Positions 9,282 to 19,564 of a DNA stretch of 64,000 nt are shown here, piece by piece. The notes under the pieces are model-generated. The model did not search any database. It had not been told where the DNA came from and saw only the letters and a program-made list of their open reading frames with translations. Source of the stretch: a virus (taxonomy: Duplodnaviria; Heunggongvirae; Uroviricota; Caudoviricetes); the IMG/VR virus record IMGVR_UViG_3300034157_000066; one strand, 5' to 3'. A program made the position numbers and the translations under genes. Position 1 is the first letter of the stretch; each line of letters opens with the position of its first letter.

Positions 9282-9899
9282 TTACATTGGCACTCTACAT
9301 ACAGTCCATATTGACGAGTATCCAGAGTTACTAGTAATAGTTCCTTTTTTATAGGTATAGGTTCCAACAACTTTTTCAGTTGCTGCATATTCGCCACCAC
9401 TATACACTAAGGTACCAGCCCATTTTATATTAAGAAGTGCATATGCTGGAGAACCTGCTGTCCAACTAGAATCAGCAACATTACATTCCTCAACAGTCTT
9501 TGTTCCAATAGCTGTTCGGGTAGTTGTTTGATTTTTTAATGTTTGACTCTCATTTTTTATAGACCCAACATTTCTATATTCATGACTGACATTGTTTTGC
9601 TCTCTTTCCTGTACTGTTCTGGTTTGATCTTGATTACATCCACTACCAGTTTGAGGGAAGGACACTCCCATATTTACTGTGTTTGTGTCTGGTGTCCATG
9701 CTGTACAGCCTGTTGGAGAACCCACATTGACCCATGAACTCAATAATGGATCGGAACTTATCCATTTACTTACAAAACTAATATTTTCGCCATTTATTTG
9801 TTTTTCACCATAAATGACTTGATAAGACGCATTTGCTGTTGATGCTGTCATTAGTCCTAACAAAACTAATGAAAACATCATTTTATTTATTTTTTTCAT
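9282..9899 (-). CDS. secreted protein, tandem paralog A
   Basis: Sec signal; YQVIYGEKQING; W..VG..C..WTPD module; C-terminal YKKG..VCRVP. Confidence 0.85.
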   Translation of the reverse strand: MKKINKMMFSLVLLGLMTASTANASYQVIYGEKQINGENISFVSKWISSDPLLSSWVNVGSPTGCTAWTPDTNTVNMGVSFPQTGSGCNQDQTRTVQEREQNNVSHEYRNVGSIKNESQTLKNQTTTRTAIGTKTVEECNVADSSWTAGSPAYALLNIKWAGTLVYSGGEYAATEKVVGTYTYKKGTITSNSGYSSIWTVCRVPM

Positions 9900-9933
9900 A
9901 TTTTTACTCTTATTTTTTTATTGTTATGTTTTA

Positions 9934-10560
9934 TTATATTGGAACTCTACAAACGCTATGGAATGTGTAATACCCTGCGTTAGCAGTTTGAGCACCCTTG
10001 GTATATTTATATCCATTATATGTGTATTCTGTTAAGTATATATTGCCACTATCAGGGAATACTTTTACGCCTTCCCACATAACATACATAACACCGAATG
10101 ACGGCGTACCATTAACCCAACGTGTGTTCACATCTTTTGAACATTCTTCAATGACCTTTGTTCCATTTGCAGAACGGGTTAGTGTTTGATTTTTTAATGT
10201 TTGATTCTCATTTTTAACAGAACCTAAATTTCTGTACTCACCACTGACATTATTTTTCTCTCTTTCTTGAACTGTTCTTGTTTGATCTTGACTACATCCA
10301 GTAGCTGTTTGATCAAAGGTCACTCCAATATTTTTTGTGCTTACGTCTGGTGTCCATGCTGAACAACCTGTTGGAGAACCTACATTTGTCCAGTTACCTA
10401 ACAATGGATCAGAACTTAACCATTTGCTTACAAAACTAATATTGTCACCATTAATTTGTTTTTCACCATAAACTACAGTGTAGGATGGATCTTTTGCTTG
10501 TGCATTAACTGCCAAACCTAGCAAAGCTAACGATAGTATTTTTATCATTGATTTTTTCAT
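9934..10560 (-). CDS. secreted protein, tandem paralog B (mosaic)
   Basis: N-half like A, C-domain nearly identical to C. Confidence 0.85.
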   Translation of the reverse strand: MKKSMIKILSLALLGLAVNAQAKDPSYTVVYGEKQINGDNISFVSKWLSSDPLLGNWTNVGSPTGCSAWTPDVSTKNIGVTFDQTATGCSQDQTRTVQEREKNNVSGEYRNLGSVKNENQTLKNQTLTRSANGTKVIEECSKDVNTRWVNGTPSFGVMYVMWEGVKVFPDSGNIYLTEYTYNGYKYTKGAQTANAGYYTFHSVCRVPI

Positions 10561-10655
10561 TTAATCTCTCATATCTTATTATTATTGTTATTTATATATT
10601 ATCATGTGTTTTCCTAATTGAAATACTTTAATGCTAATATATTTATTATCATTTA

Positions 10656-11279
10656 TTATATTGGAACTCTACAAACGCTATGGAATGTGTAATAACCATA
10701 GTTAGCAGTTAATGCACCTTTAGTGTATTTATATCCATTATAGGTATATTCTGTTAAGTTAATATTACCAATATCAGGGAATACTTTTACACCTTCCCAC
10801 ATGATATACATCATACTCATTGATGGTGTGCCATTAACCCAACGTGTGTTCATATCTTTTGAACATTCATCCACAACCTTTGTTCCATTTGCCGAACGGG
10901 TTATTGTCTGATTAGTGAGTGTTTGTGATTCATTTATTGGATTGCCAATAGGTCGAAATGCTAACGTATAATTGTTTTGTTCTCTGTTCTGGACTGTTCT
11001 CGATTGTTCTTGTTCGCAGTCACTGGCTGTTTGGTCAAAAGTTATTCCAATTGCCATTGTGCTCGGGTCAGGTGTCCAACCAGAACAACCAGATGGAGAG
11101 CCTACATCAGCCCATGCTGATATTTCTGGTGATGCTTTTATCCACTTGCCTTTTTTGACAAACGTGATGTTGTCTCCATTGATTTGTTTCTCTCCATATA
11201 TAGCAGTATATGAAGCATTTGCTGTTAATGCAGTGCTCGCTAAAAGGGCACTTGTTAACATAAGTATTGTCTTTTTCAT
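10656..11279 (-). CDS. secreted protein, tandem paralog C
   Basis: same architecture; ends GYYTFHSVCRVPI like B. Confidence 0.85.
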   Translation of the reverse strand: MKKTILMLTSALLASTALTANASYTAIYGEKQINGDNITFVKKGKWIKASPEISAWADVGSPSGCSGWTPDPSTMAIGITFDQTASDCEQEQSRTVQNREQNNYTLAFRPIGNPINESQTLTNQTITRSANGTKVVDECSKDMNTRWVNGTPSMSMMYIMWEGVKVFPDIGNINLTEYTYNGYKYTKGALTANYGYYTFHSVCRVPI

Positions 11280-11571
11280 ACTAATATTATTATTATTATC
11301 TTACTACAAATTTAACACATTTTAGATAAAATCAAATATAAAAACGCACAATTATAGCTTAATATATAAGGTTTTATATTAAAAGTACTTATTATTGTTT
11401 GATGTTGTTTTTTATAAAGTTTTTTATTTAATGAACATTAAAATCACAAAAAACAAATCATCAACACCTCTAAAAATATTTATCAAATTTTGATATATTT
11501 TATAAAAAGCTTCCATTTTAGAGGTTTTCTTGCTATAATTTGGTTACTTTAGTGAGGTTGGAGCCTTCATC

Positions 11572-11676
11572 ATGTGCGACAAATGCAAAGTCTGCAAAAA
11601 AGACAATAAAGATGACACCAAACAGGTTGCTGAAAAGCCTTCTGGTGATGTGTCTGTTATCGTTAAGTCGAAATAA
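11572..11676 (+). CDS. 34-aa peptide with CxxCxxC N-terminus
   Basis: MCDKCKVCKKDNKDD..; GGAG SD; promoter upstream. Confidence 0.4.
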   Translation: MCDKCKVCKKDNKDDTKQVAEKPSGDVSVIVKSK

Positions 11677-11687
11677 GGAACTATTCC

Positions 11688-11879
11688 ATGAACCAGTTAA
11701 TGTCAGAAGAACCTTCGATTGATTACGCAATGGATCGAATGTCTATTGATGAAGCGATTGCTTACCTTCAGTCCCTGAAAGATCGGTTCATTGAACATCA
11801 TTGTGTACTCTCGTATGACTGTGTTGATGAGATTACTGGTGCATCGGCACTCAATCTTTATTCGGCTGACAAAAAGTAA
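11688..11879 (+). CDS. hypothetical protein
   Basis: AAGGA SD, terminator. Confidence 0.65.
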   Translation: MNQLMSEEPSIDYAMDRMSIDEAIAYLQSLKDRFIEHHCVLSYDCVDEITGASALNLYSADKK

Positions 11880-11976
11880 TACTGTAACAAAATAAATGAA
11901 CCGCTTTGGCGGTTTTTTGTTGCATGGCCGTTCAATATTGTTTATAATTGTTGTAATTAATCAGAGAGATATGTAA

Positions 11977-12180
11977 ATGATCGCGTGTAGTTGTCCAAAA
12001 TGTAGCACCTATGGTAATGCCTCTTATTGCATTAATGACATCATTGATGAAGGTAAGTCAGAATATGAATCCAGTCGTAAAAAGTCGGTTTTCTGGATGC
12101 GGTTTTCGCTTTGTGCTGCCGGAATATTTTGTTCTATTCCTGTTGTTATTCGTATTTTAGATTATTTTGTTAAGTCGTAA
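11977..12180 (+). CDS. small Cys-rich protein with C-terminal TM
   Basis: CxCxxC plus hydrophobic C-terminus. Confidence 0.6.
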   Translation: MIACSCPKCSTYGNASYCINDIIDEGKSEYESSRKKSVFWMRFSLCAAGIFCSIPVVIRILDYFVKS

Positions 12181-12225
12181 GTAGTTAATTTTGAATACAA
12201 TAAAGGAACCTTGTGGTTCCTTTTT

Positions 12226-12927
12226 TTAATGTATGTTTATCATGGCAATCAGTAACTTATCTTCTTCTGTCAAATCTTCCAATGTCTTTATTTCATTTTC
12301 TTTAAGGTAGTTAAGATATTGACGCTTGCTGTATTTAACGCCACCCATATTTATATGATCTTTTTCTACTATAATACCCTTTTTTTCAAGTGATGTGAGT
12401 TCAAATTCATTGCCATATGTATAACTGTATTCAAAATATAAATCAGTACAACTGTCGAATAAATACAATGATTTAAATTCATTATCGTTTATATATGACT
12501 TTTTAATGAGTGGCATATATATTTTTCTGTAACTGTTAAGTTTAAAAATAAATCCTAATCCCAAAATAAGGATAACCGTTATATTCAAAACATGCCCAAC
12601 TATACTATGATTCTCATAGTTTGATGCATAAAACATCATTGAGTAGATCAAACCTAGTATTATTAGATATTTAAACCCTTCTGGTAAAAATATGGTTCTT
12701 TTTTTATAGTCACGCTTCGAATAGTTTGTTTTATAGTAACTTAGTATGCCGACCATCACAAACATGGCTATGATGTCTAATGTAATGTAAGTTGCCAATA
12801 CTTTTTCTATTGGTGTATTAAAGGTGTAAATAGCCACAATAGACAACATCAGATAAAATGATGCTACTATTATTTTATTGCTATATATACTTTCTTTTAA
12901 TGTTTTAAAGTAATTTTTCATTTTCAT
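12226..12927 (-). CDS. multi-TM membrane protein
   Basis: about 4 TM segments then soluble domain; AT-rich; shares bidirectional terminator. Confidence 0.75.
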   Translation of the reverse strand: MKMKNYFKTLKESIYSNKIIVASFYLMLSIVAIYTFNTPIEKVLATYITLDIIAMFVMVGILSYYKTNYSKRDYKKRTIFLPEGFKYLIILGLIYSMMFYASNYENHSIVGHVLNITVILILGLGFIFKLNSYRKIYMPLIKKSYINDNEFKSLYLFDSCTDLYFEYSYTYGNEFELTSLEKKGIIVEKDHINMGGVKYSKRQYLNYLKENEIKTLEDLTEEDKLLIAMINIH

Positions 12928-13045
12928 TCCTTTCTGTGCTCACATCATTACATTTATTTTTTGTTTTTCAATCTTTTTTGATTATAAATATTACATTTTT
13001 TGTTTAATTATGATAGAATACACACTATTATTTCAGAGGTGAGTT

Positions 13046-13237
13046 ATGGAAAAGCTGAAAGCCGTTGGCACCTTTCTGTTGTTAACCGCTGTTGTGTTGT
13101 TCGTTATTTTTACAATAGTTGTGAAATCAAACCGATTTGGTGAGTGTCTAGAAGTCAATTCCTTCATGTACTGCACATTCACTCAACGAGATTTTTTGCT
13201 TTGGGATACTTTATATCCTTTCAAAAAGAATAATTAA
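13046..13237 (+). CDS. small membrane protein, tandem paralog
   Basis: TM then NR..(E/D)C....YC..TQ..F..WD shared with 13254. Confidence 0.75.
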   Translation: MEKLKAVGTFLLLTAVVLFVIFTIVVKSNRFGECLEVNSFMYCTFTQRDFLLWDTLYPFKKNN

Positions 13238-13253
13238 TTATTGGAGAACTTTC

Positions 13254-13457
13254 ATGGTGATGTTGAAGAAAATTTTTAGTTTTATTGGTTACTGTCTTAT
13301 AGGACTAGTTTTTTTCGCTGTTATTGTTGTTTTGTTTATTGGTGCAACAAACCGAATGAATGATTGTGTAAAAGAAAAAGACACCTCTTATTGCGTCATG
13401 ACCCAGCAAAAGTTTGTATTCTGGGATATGGTCAGTCCATTGTCTGATAAAAAATAA
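13254..13457 (+). CDS. small membrane protein, tandem paralog
   Basis: see 13046. Confidence 0.75.
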   Translation: MVMLKKIFSFIGYCLIGLVFFAVIVVLFIGATNRMNDCVKEKDTSYCVMTQQKFVFWDMVSPLSDKK

Positions 13458-13475
13458 TCTGAACGAGGGTTACTT

Positions 13476-13844
13476 ATGAACATTGTCGTCAGTCAAAAAA
13501 TCAAAGCACATTCACTGCCTGTTGAAACTGACCGTTCTAATCACAATGTTGTTGCGGAATATGGTGATATTTACAGTAAAGATGAAATTGCACTTGCCAA
13601 GCAAAAACTTATTCAAGCACGCAATACTGTCGTTAATAGGAATCATTTCTTTGTTAACATTGCCATGCAAATTTTGTTTACTGATGCGTCCAGTTGGCTG
13701 AAAACGTATTCACTGGCTGTTGGTCACTTCTATTTCAATACTGGCTATGTATTCAATGCTCATGAAAGTGACTTAGCTGACTTTTTTGAAGAAGAACTTA
13801 AGTGTTATGCTCTTAATTTTCTTGCAATGAAAACTGTTTTTTGA
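13476..13844 (+). CDS. hypothetical protein
   Basis: GAGG SD. Confidence 0.65.
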   Translation: MNIVVSQKIKAHSLPVETDRSNHNVVAEYGDIYSKDEIALAKQKLIQARNTVVNRNHFFVNIAMQILFTDASSWLKTYSLAVGHFYFNTGYVFNAHESDLADFFEEELKCYALNFLAMKTVF

Positions 13845-13886
13845 TAGAATAGCTCCATCAACTCAACTACACAAAGGAAATACATC

Positions 13887-14240
13887 ATGGCCCAAGCTAA
13901 GAACCTGCCTAACCTGCCAGTCAAAAAATTCGCTCTGGCTCTCTGCAGCAAGAATGTTTGGGGTGTCATCACCTCCGACCAGCCAAAAGAAATCACCTTT
14001 GGTGATGGTTCTACCAGCACTTGCCATACCGGTTTCGCTTGCCGTGGCACTGTCATCGCAGGTTGGGGCAATATGGAAGGCACTACCGTCATCAAGCAAG
14101 AAGGTGACTTGTGGGCTTCTCGTAATCCACACGTTGTAGCCTACTTGGGCGACTTCGATGGTGCTGACCTGAGCGACCCTCTGGTTCTGGCTGAAATCTT
14201 GGCTTATGGCCGTCACAAACTGTCTTGCATGAACCTGTAA
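13887..14240 (+). CDS. hypothetical protein
   Basis: AAGGA SD, terminator. Confidence 0.75.
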   Translation: MAQAKNLPNLPVKKFALALCSKNVWGVITSDQPKEITFGDGSTSTCHTGFACRGTVIAGWGNMEGTTVIKQEGDLWASRNPHVVAYLGDFDGADLSDPLVLAEILAYGRHKLSCMNL

Positions 14241-14344
14241 TAAGGCTCACTCAGTAGACAATAAAGGCCACCTTCGGGTGGCTTTTTCTTTACCTAGTAC
14301 TTTGATTGTGGTATAATCCATTATCAATTAGAGAGGTTTCGACA

Positions 14345-14989
14345 ATGGCTCTTGCTCCCGCAGAAATCAACATCAAAAATCACATCATCCAATTTCCTGA
14401 CTTGTTTCAAAGTCGTTTTTCGGTGTTGAAATTTGTATTGTTGAGCGATCCAGAATCGTGCTGGGCACAAGATGGCATTATTTACTCTCGGCATATTTCG
14501 ACCCAAGATGTTACAAATCCAAAACTGAACACCAGTCACCTACCAGATGTTCCAGCAGAATTGGCAGATCTTTGTGCCTCTCATATTACTCCAATGCAAA
14601 TTAATCGTGAAATTGAATTGGCGAAGTATTTGGTGATTGAAAAGCATTTGGACACCATCGTTAAGGTTGAGATGCCCAACGAGAAGGCTATGTCTGCCGC
14701 TGATGTTCGTCAAATTAATGATTACTCGTTGATCTTTCAAGTGCCTGATAATGTGGAAGCCAGTTGGCGTGTAGCGGTTCGTGAAGTCTTGCAAGCAGCT
14801 ATTATTGCTACCAAGCAGGAATATTGCAATCATCGCTGTGATGGATCTCACGCTGACCACTGGGTCTATCCCTTTGCGTTTAAAACCTACCATAAACTGT
14901 TGGGTGAACAGAAACGCTTTATGCCTAAATTAAACATTTCACCAGCCACAGCAGAAAAACTTAAACAACTTCGTGGTTTGTTAGGTTAA
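14345..14989 (+). CDS. hypothetical protein
   Basis: AGAGG SD, own promoter. Confidence 0.75.
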   Translation: MALAPAEINIKNHIIQFPDLFQSRFSVLKFVLLSDPESCWAQDGIIYSRHISTQDVTNPKLNTSHLPDVPAELADLCASHITPMQINREIELAKYLVIEKHLDTIVKVEMPNEKAMSAADVRQINDYSLIFQVPDNVEASWRVAVREVLQAAIIATKQEYCNHRCDGSHADHWVYPFAFKTYHKLLGEQKRFMPKLNISPATAEKLKQLRGLLG

Positions 14990-15072
14990 ATGTAGCTATC
15001 CACAATAAATAGCTTGTTCAAAAAAAAGGTTTATTGTATAATGGCTACACACAAACCGATGAGGCAACAACC

Positions 15073-15360
15073 ATGATTACGTCTTCTTATCTCAAACGTC
15101 CAGTCGTGATAATGAAGGTTCGTGCAGCCGTTGTGGAAGCCACAAAAGCGGCTGTTGATAGCGATGGGCATGGTCGAGCCTATATCACCGATTATGAAGA
15201 CAATAACATCATGCGGTTGGATGTCTTTGTGCCGGGAAATCATGATTTATTCCCTGCTGGTGGTGTGATTGTCTACGGTGAAGGATCTAAGCAGATTACC
15301 AGTTTGGTCGAAGATTCCATTGGCAAACGATTCAGTGAGTTGTTGAACTTTTCCGTTTAA
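15073..15360 (+). CDS. hypothetical protein
   Basis: GAGG SD, terminator. Confidence 0.7.
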   Translation: MITSSYLKRPVVIMKVRAAVVEATKAAVDSDGHGRAYITDYEDNNIMRLDVFVPGNHDLFPAGGVIVYGEGSKQITSLVEDSIGKRFSELLNFSV

Positions 15361-15476
15361 TTAATTTCAACGTATTAACTAAAAAGAGCCTTGATGGCTC
15401 TTTTTTTGTTTGCCATTATATTTGATTTAATAACATTATCTGTTATAGTTGCTATGAATATAATATTGAGTAATCT

Positions 15477-16067
15477 ATGATTTTAAATAAGACTAAACAA
15501 ACAGGCACTATTGGATTTGATGTAATAATGGTAATCGGCATTATGTTGTTGATTATTGCTGTTACATTGACACTTTATGGATCTGCCAGAGATAAAAGAA
15601 ATGAGCAAGAAGTTAATTATTTAGGGTTGCTCTATCATTTAAGTTTTTCTAGTGGGAATGGATTAATTGTTTATAATGAAAAAGAAGTGTCGGACATTCA
15701 AAAAACTGTTATTAAATCATTAGATTGCACCAAAAATTATTGTACTCCAATACAAACGGCTCTTTCAATTGGATCTTTTATTTCCATTAATTACACTAAT
15801 GGTGTTGCACATGATATTAAAATTTATTCAACTAATGTAAGTTCTATTTTCTTCAAGAATAACAAAAGCTCTTATTTTTATAGTGAGAAATTTCAGCTTG
15901 AAAAAACCACACTTGATGAACACCCTGATTATGCCTATCCATTAAGTATCCAGCCAAAGTTAACTCATGAATATTACTTAGCCACTGATCTAACCAATCC
16001 AGTAAGTGAAGATGTATGTATTCCATCTGGTTTGGATTGTTATGATGTTTTACATTATAGGCTTTAA
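15477..16067 (+). CDS. minor pilin-like protein
   Basis: KTKQTG|TIGFD then hydrophobic helix; paralog of 16788. Confidence 0.6.
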   Translation: MILNKTKQTGTIGFDVIMVIGIMLLIIAVTLTLYGSARDKRNEQEVNYLGLLYHLSFSSGNGLIVYNEKEVSDIQKTVIKSLDCTKNYCTPIQTALSIGSFISINYTNGVAHDIKIYSTNVSSIFFKNNKSSYFYSEKFQLEKTTLDEHPDYAYPLSIQPKLTHEYYLATDLTNPVSEDVCIPSGLDCYDVLHYRL

Positions 16068-16147
16068 AAAAATTGAAAATATAGTTTTTTCTTGCTATAA
16101 TCTTTGAGTTGTTTATCGACAATGTTAAGCCATTATGAGGATCATTA

Positions 16148-16381
16148 ATGCGAATTATTCGTATGGGATATTGCAAGAAAATGCGATTTGCTTACATTCA
16201 GGCTAATTTTTTGGAAAGAGTCTTCATCGACCTAAAAATCAAAAAACGTACTTCTGGTGTGTTCCGCACTCAATCTCTTGGGGCATGGGCAAATAAAGCA
16301 CAATACCTACTTGTTCCACGATCAACCAAAGGTCATGGTCTTTTTTCAGATAAGGAAAAAGCTGAGTATTATCGTAATTAA
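16148..16381 (+). CDS. basic hypothetical protein
   Basis: GAGGA SD. Confidence 0.6.
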   Translation: MRIIRMGYCKKMRFAYIQANFLERVFIDLKIKKRTSGVFRTQSLGAWANKAQYLLVPRSTKGHGLFSDKEKAEYYRN

Positions 16382-16442
16382 TATTTGCTAAAAGAAATCG
16401 TTTTTGTTATAATTAAATCTCAATTCAAAGAGGATTTTCATT

Positions 16443-16652
16443 ATGAGCATTCATCCCATCGTTAAAGATTTTCTCGCACAGCCTCTGCCCGATGATGCCT
16501 ACAAAGCAGCTTCATTGGATGAACACAAGATGCCTTCTCGGGCTTCGTTTGAACGAGTCAATCGCCTGCTGGCTAGCTCGACGCCAGCTCAAATAGAAAA
16601 AGCCCGTAATGCCGCTCACCAGTATCTGTTTGGTAAATCGCCTAAACAGTGA
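16443..16652 (+). CDS. hypothetical protein
   Basis: AGAGGA SD, terminator. Confidence 0.7.
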   Translation: MSIHPIVKDFLAQPLPDDAYKAASLDEHKMPSRASFERVNRLLASSTPAQIEKARNAAHQYLFGKSPKQ

Positions 16653-16787
16653 AGTGCTGAAAAAGTCCACTTACAATTAAAGAGCCTTGATGGCTCTTTT
16701 TTATTGCTTAAATTCAATACATTTCGTATTTGATTTATCAATGATATTCGTTATATTTTATTACGTCCGTAATATTTGGAGGGGCTT

Positions 16788-17402
16788 ATGAGTGCTAATA
16801 AAATCATTATTATAAAAAGCGAATTTATAATAATTACATCTATTTTAGTTATGATTATTATCTTGTCTTTTTGTACTTTCTATGAGTATAAGCGAAAAAC
16901 AGTTGTGGAGAATGTAAATTATTTAGCGTTCATCTATCATTTAGGCTTATCTAATAATACTGATGGCGTATATATCATTAACTATGATCAAGCATTAAAC
17001 ATTCAAAAAGATGTCATTAAAAATCTAAATTGTTCAAGAGATAAAGACTACTGTTTTACATTTGATGATAAATTGGTTTCAGGTGCTTTTATTGAAATCA
17101 GTTACATTAATAATAAAGTTGATTATCTTAAAATATATTCTAAAAAGATTGGTTTTATTTTTAATAACAATGTCGCAATGGAACCTTATTCAAAAGGATT
17201 ATTTCCGCCTGAGTCGATTACGCAAAGTGAAAGCTTTCGCGTTGGAAGACCTAACACTTTGGTTATTGCTGATATGATGAACCATGTGAAGCATGAATAT
17301 TACAATGAATACAATTTGGGCAAACGGATTACAGAAGAAGAGTGTATGCTGGCTAAAAATCAGTGTTTTGATGTTCTTTTTTACGAAAAAAACCCTGCAT
17401 GA
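16788..17402 (+). CDS. pilin-like protein, paralog of 15477 with degenerate leader
   Basis: shared VNYL..(L/I)YHL, IQK.VIK.L.C, HEYY, C(Y/F)DVL.Y. Confidence 0.65.
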   Translation: MSANKIIIIKSEFIIITSILVMIIILSFCTFYEYKRKTVVENVNYLAFIYHLGLSNNTDGVYIINYDQALNIQKDVIKNLNCSRDKDYCFTFDDKLVSGAFIEISYINNKVDYLKIYSKKIGFIFNNNVAMEPYSKGLFPPESITQSESFRVGRPNTLVIADMMNHVKHEYYNEYNLGKRITEEECMLAKNQCFDVLFYEKNPA

Positions 17403-17475
17403 CACTCATGAAGACGTTGACGAAAAAAGTCTTTTTTGCTATAATACATTCACTAAAAACCAATAGAGATCCAAC

Positions 17476-17892
17476 ATGACTGCGATTATCGTTAGCGACA
17501 AAATCAAAGTTCCAGAAGGGCAAGAAAACAATCCTTGCGTGGGTTGTGGTGCTTGCTGTGCCTACTTTCGTGCATCCTTTCACTGGATGGAATGCGAATC
17601 GGCTGGCGGCACCGTCCCTGATGACACCGTTGTTCAGGTCAGTCCACACCATGTCGCCATGAAGGGTACTGATAGCTCCACATCCCCTTACTGCGTTAAT
17701 CTGACTGGAACCATCGGTGTCGATGCGTTTTGCGGTGGTTACGCCACTCGTTCTTCTACTTGCCGTGATGGTTTTCCAGCTTCCTATGAAGATGGTGAAA
17801 AGAATGAGCGGTGTGATAAGGCTCGGGCAAAACACGGCCTTCGTGAGTTGACACCAGAAGATTGGGCTTGGAAAAATGCAATCACGGCTTAA
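17476..17892 (+). CDS. ykgJ: YkgJ-family cysteine-cluster protein
   Basis: NPCVGCGACCAYFRASFHW.E..AGGT..RSSTCR..C.KARAKHGL. Confidence 0.85.
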   Translation: MTAIIVSDKIKVPEGQENNPCVGCGACCAYFRASFHWMECESAGGTVPDDTVVQVSPHHVAMKGTDSSTSPYCVNLTGTIGVDAFCGGYATRSSTCRDGFPASYEDGEKNERCDKARAKHGLRELTPEDWAWKNAITA

Positions 17893-17986
17893 TAATTTCA
17901 AATAAATCATGGGGCTTCGGCCCCTTTTTTGTTGTTTTTGATTGGTTACAGTGGTATAATGAGTTATCAAAACGAGGATAAGCCCG

Positions 17987-18355
17987 ATGAAAACTTTGAA
18001 TGCCGAAACCGTCAAAATCCAGTTGAACGCTTGTGGTGTTAAGGTTAATGATATTTCGAGTGATTTGAAGAAAATCGTTGAAGCCACCGTTTCATCCAGC
18101 CAAGAATCAGCATTCATTGAAGCGAAGGTTAATGCCATTCGACTCGATTTGGCAGCAAAAGACTCCGATTTTAACCCAAAAGACATTGTTTTTTCCTTCT
18201 CTCCATTGCCCCGTTCGGTGATCGTTTACAAAAATCAGCCGTTCATTGTCGATTGCTCTCACAAAAATGGATTGTTCTTGATTTCGATGTGTGGCGAAGA
18301 GTATGAAAGTGCTCCTGTTGCAGAATACCCAGTTATTGGCACAATTACCATTTAA
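17987..18355 (+). CDS. hypothetical protein
   Basis: GAGGA SD. Confidence 0.7.
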   Translation: MKTLNAETVKIQLNACGVKVNDISSDLKKIVEATVSSSQESAFIEAKVNAIRLDLAAKDSDFNPKDIVFSFSPLPRSVIVYKNQPFIVDCSHKNGLFLISMCGEEYESAPVAEYPVIGTITI

Positions 18356-18364
18356 GGAATTGAC

Positions 18365-18748
18365 ATGAACTACAATATTGAAAATTACGAAGATAAGCAA
18401 ATGGCTACCGTCTCCAAGTGGTTTGTTGGCATTTTTGTGGTTATTGTTGTCGCTGTTTTTTATCAAGTAATTGTCAATGGTTATCAACCTACCGGAAAAA
18501 AATCGGAATTGATGAGCATAGAAGCCAATATTATTACCAGCGAACAGACTAGTAGTTTTCTTGTTCGTATTTATGACAAACAGATTGAAGGTGGTTTTCG
18601 TTGCCGGTCTGAACCGATTAAAAAACGAGCGAAACTCTTTTATCGTATGGCAGAAGTTAAAACAGTCACCGGCAAGTTGAAAATTGTCCCTGTTTTTGAT
18701 GATGTATTGAGTTGCAAAAGCATTATGTCAGATGTTCAAGTTTCATAA
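18365..18748 (+). CDS. single-TM exported protein
   Basis: AAGGA SD, TM, Cys pair. Confidence 0.7.
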   Translation: MNYNIENYEDKQMATVSKWFVGIFVVIVVAVFYQVIVNGYQPTGKKSELMSIEANIITSEQTSSFLVRIYDKQIEGGFRCRSEPIKKRAKLFYRMAEVKTVTGKLKIVPVFDDVLSCKSIMSDVQVS

Positions 18749-18860
18749 ATAGGTATGTTAAAAAAGCCTCCTTCGTGGAGGTTTTTTATTTGCTTTTTTT
18801 ATATTATTTGTTATTATTTTTAATGAAGTTAGAACTTCATAATAACTATAAGGTATAGCG

Positions 18861-19535
18861 ATGAATACAAAAAAAATAAATAAGATGTCTGGTGGTGTTT
18901 CTTTGCTTGAACCACTTATGGTGATTGCTCTCTTTGCAATGATGATTATTATGGCAATAATTTACTACAGTGCTTCAACTAAAAGGTTTAATCCAGATTT
19001 TATGGATATTGTAAGTTTTGCTAATAATTTAAACTCGTTACAATCAGATAAAGAAGTCATTACTTTAAAGTATAATGAAATAACGCCTTTTCAAAAAGAT
19101 TTGTTTAGTAAAATAGATTGTGTTAATTCCATATGTAAGCCTATTGACTTACAAAAATATCCGCCTAACACTTATTTAAGAATTTATTATAAAGATTCCA
19201 AGTTTGATTCTTTTTATCTGTACACAAAAAACAACAGTTCTATTTTTAACTTTAATACAACAGTTTATAATGATTGGGTTTCAAACATCTCTTTTGATCG
19301 ATTTAAAGAAGAAGAAATTACTTTGATTAAACGAGAGAAAAAGAGATACCCAGATATGAATCCTTTTATTACTTATTTATCAAATACATTTGATAATGTC
19401 TCTATTTATAATATCTCTGATAATGATCAATCTGTTGTTAAAGATGATAATTGTCCAGAAGCAAACTGCACCAGTGTGTTAGCGTATAAAAACAATCCAA
19501 TCGTACAACTTGCAGACAACAAAAAAGCCCTTTGA
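18861..19535 (+). CDS. type IV pilin-like protein
   Basis: KKINKMSGG|VSLLEPLMVIALF (G-1, E+5); Cys pairs. Confidence 0.7.
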   Translation: MNTKKINKMSGGVSLLEPLMVIALFAMMIIMAIIYYSASTKRFNPDFMDIVSFANNLNSLQSDKEVITLKYNEITPFQKDLFSKIDCVNSICKPIDLQKYPPNTYLRIYYKDSKFDSFYLYTKNNSSIFNFNTTVYNDWVSNISFDRFKEEEITLIKREKKRYPDMNPFITYLSNTFDNVSIYNISDNDQSVVKDDNCPEANCTSVLAYKNNPIVQLADNKKAL

Positions 19536-19564
19536 GGGCTTTTATTCATTCATTTCCGAAGCGA

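Noticed and set aside
10589-10596. T4-type late promoter TATAAATA on the minus strand
   Set aside because: Single hit in very AT-rich DNA; the paralog at 43838 uses a sigma70-like promoter
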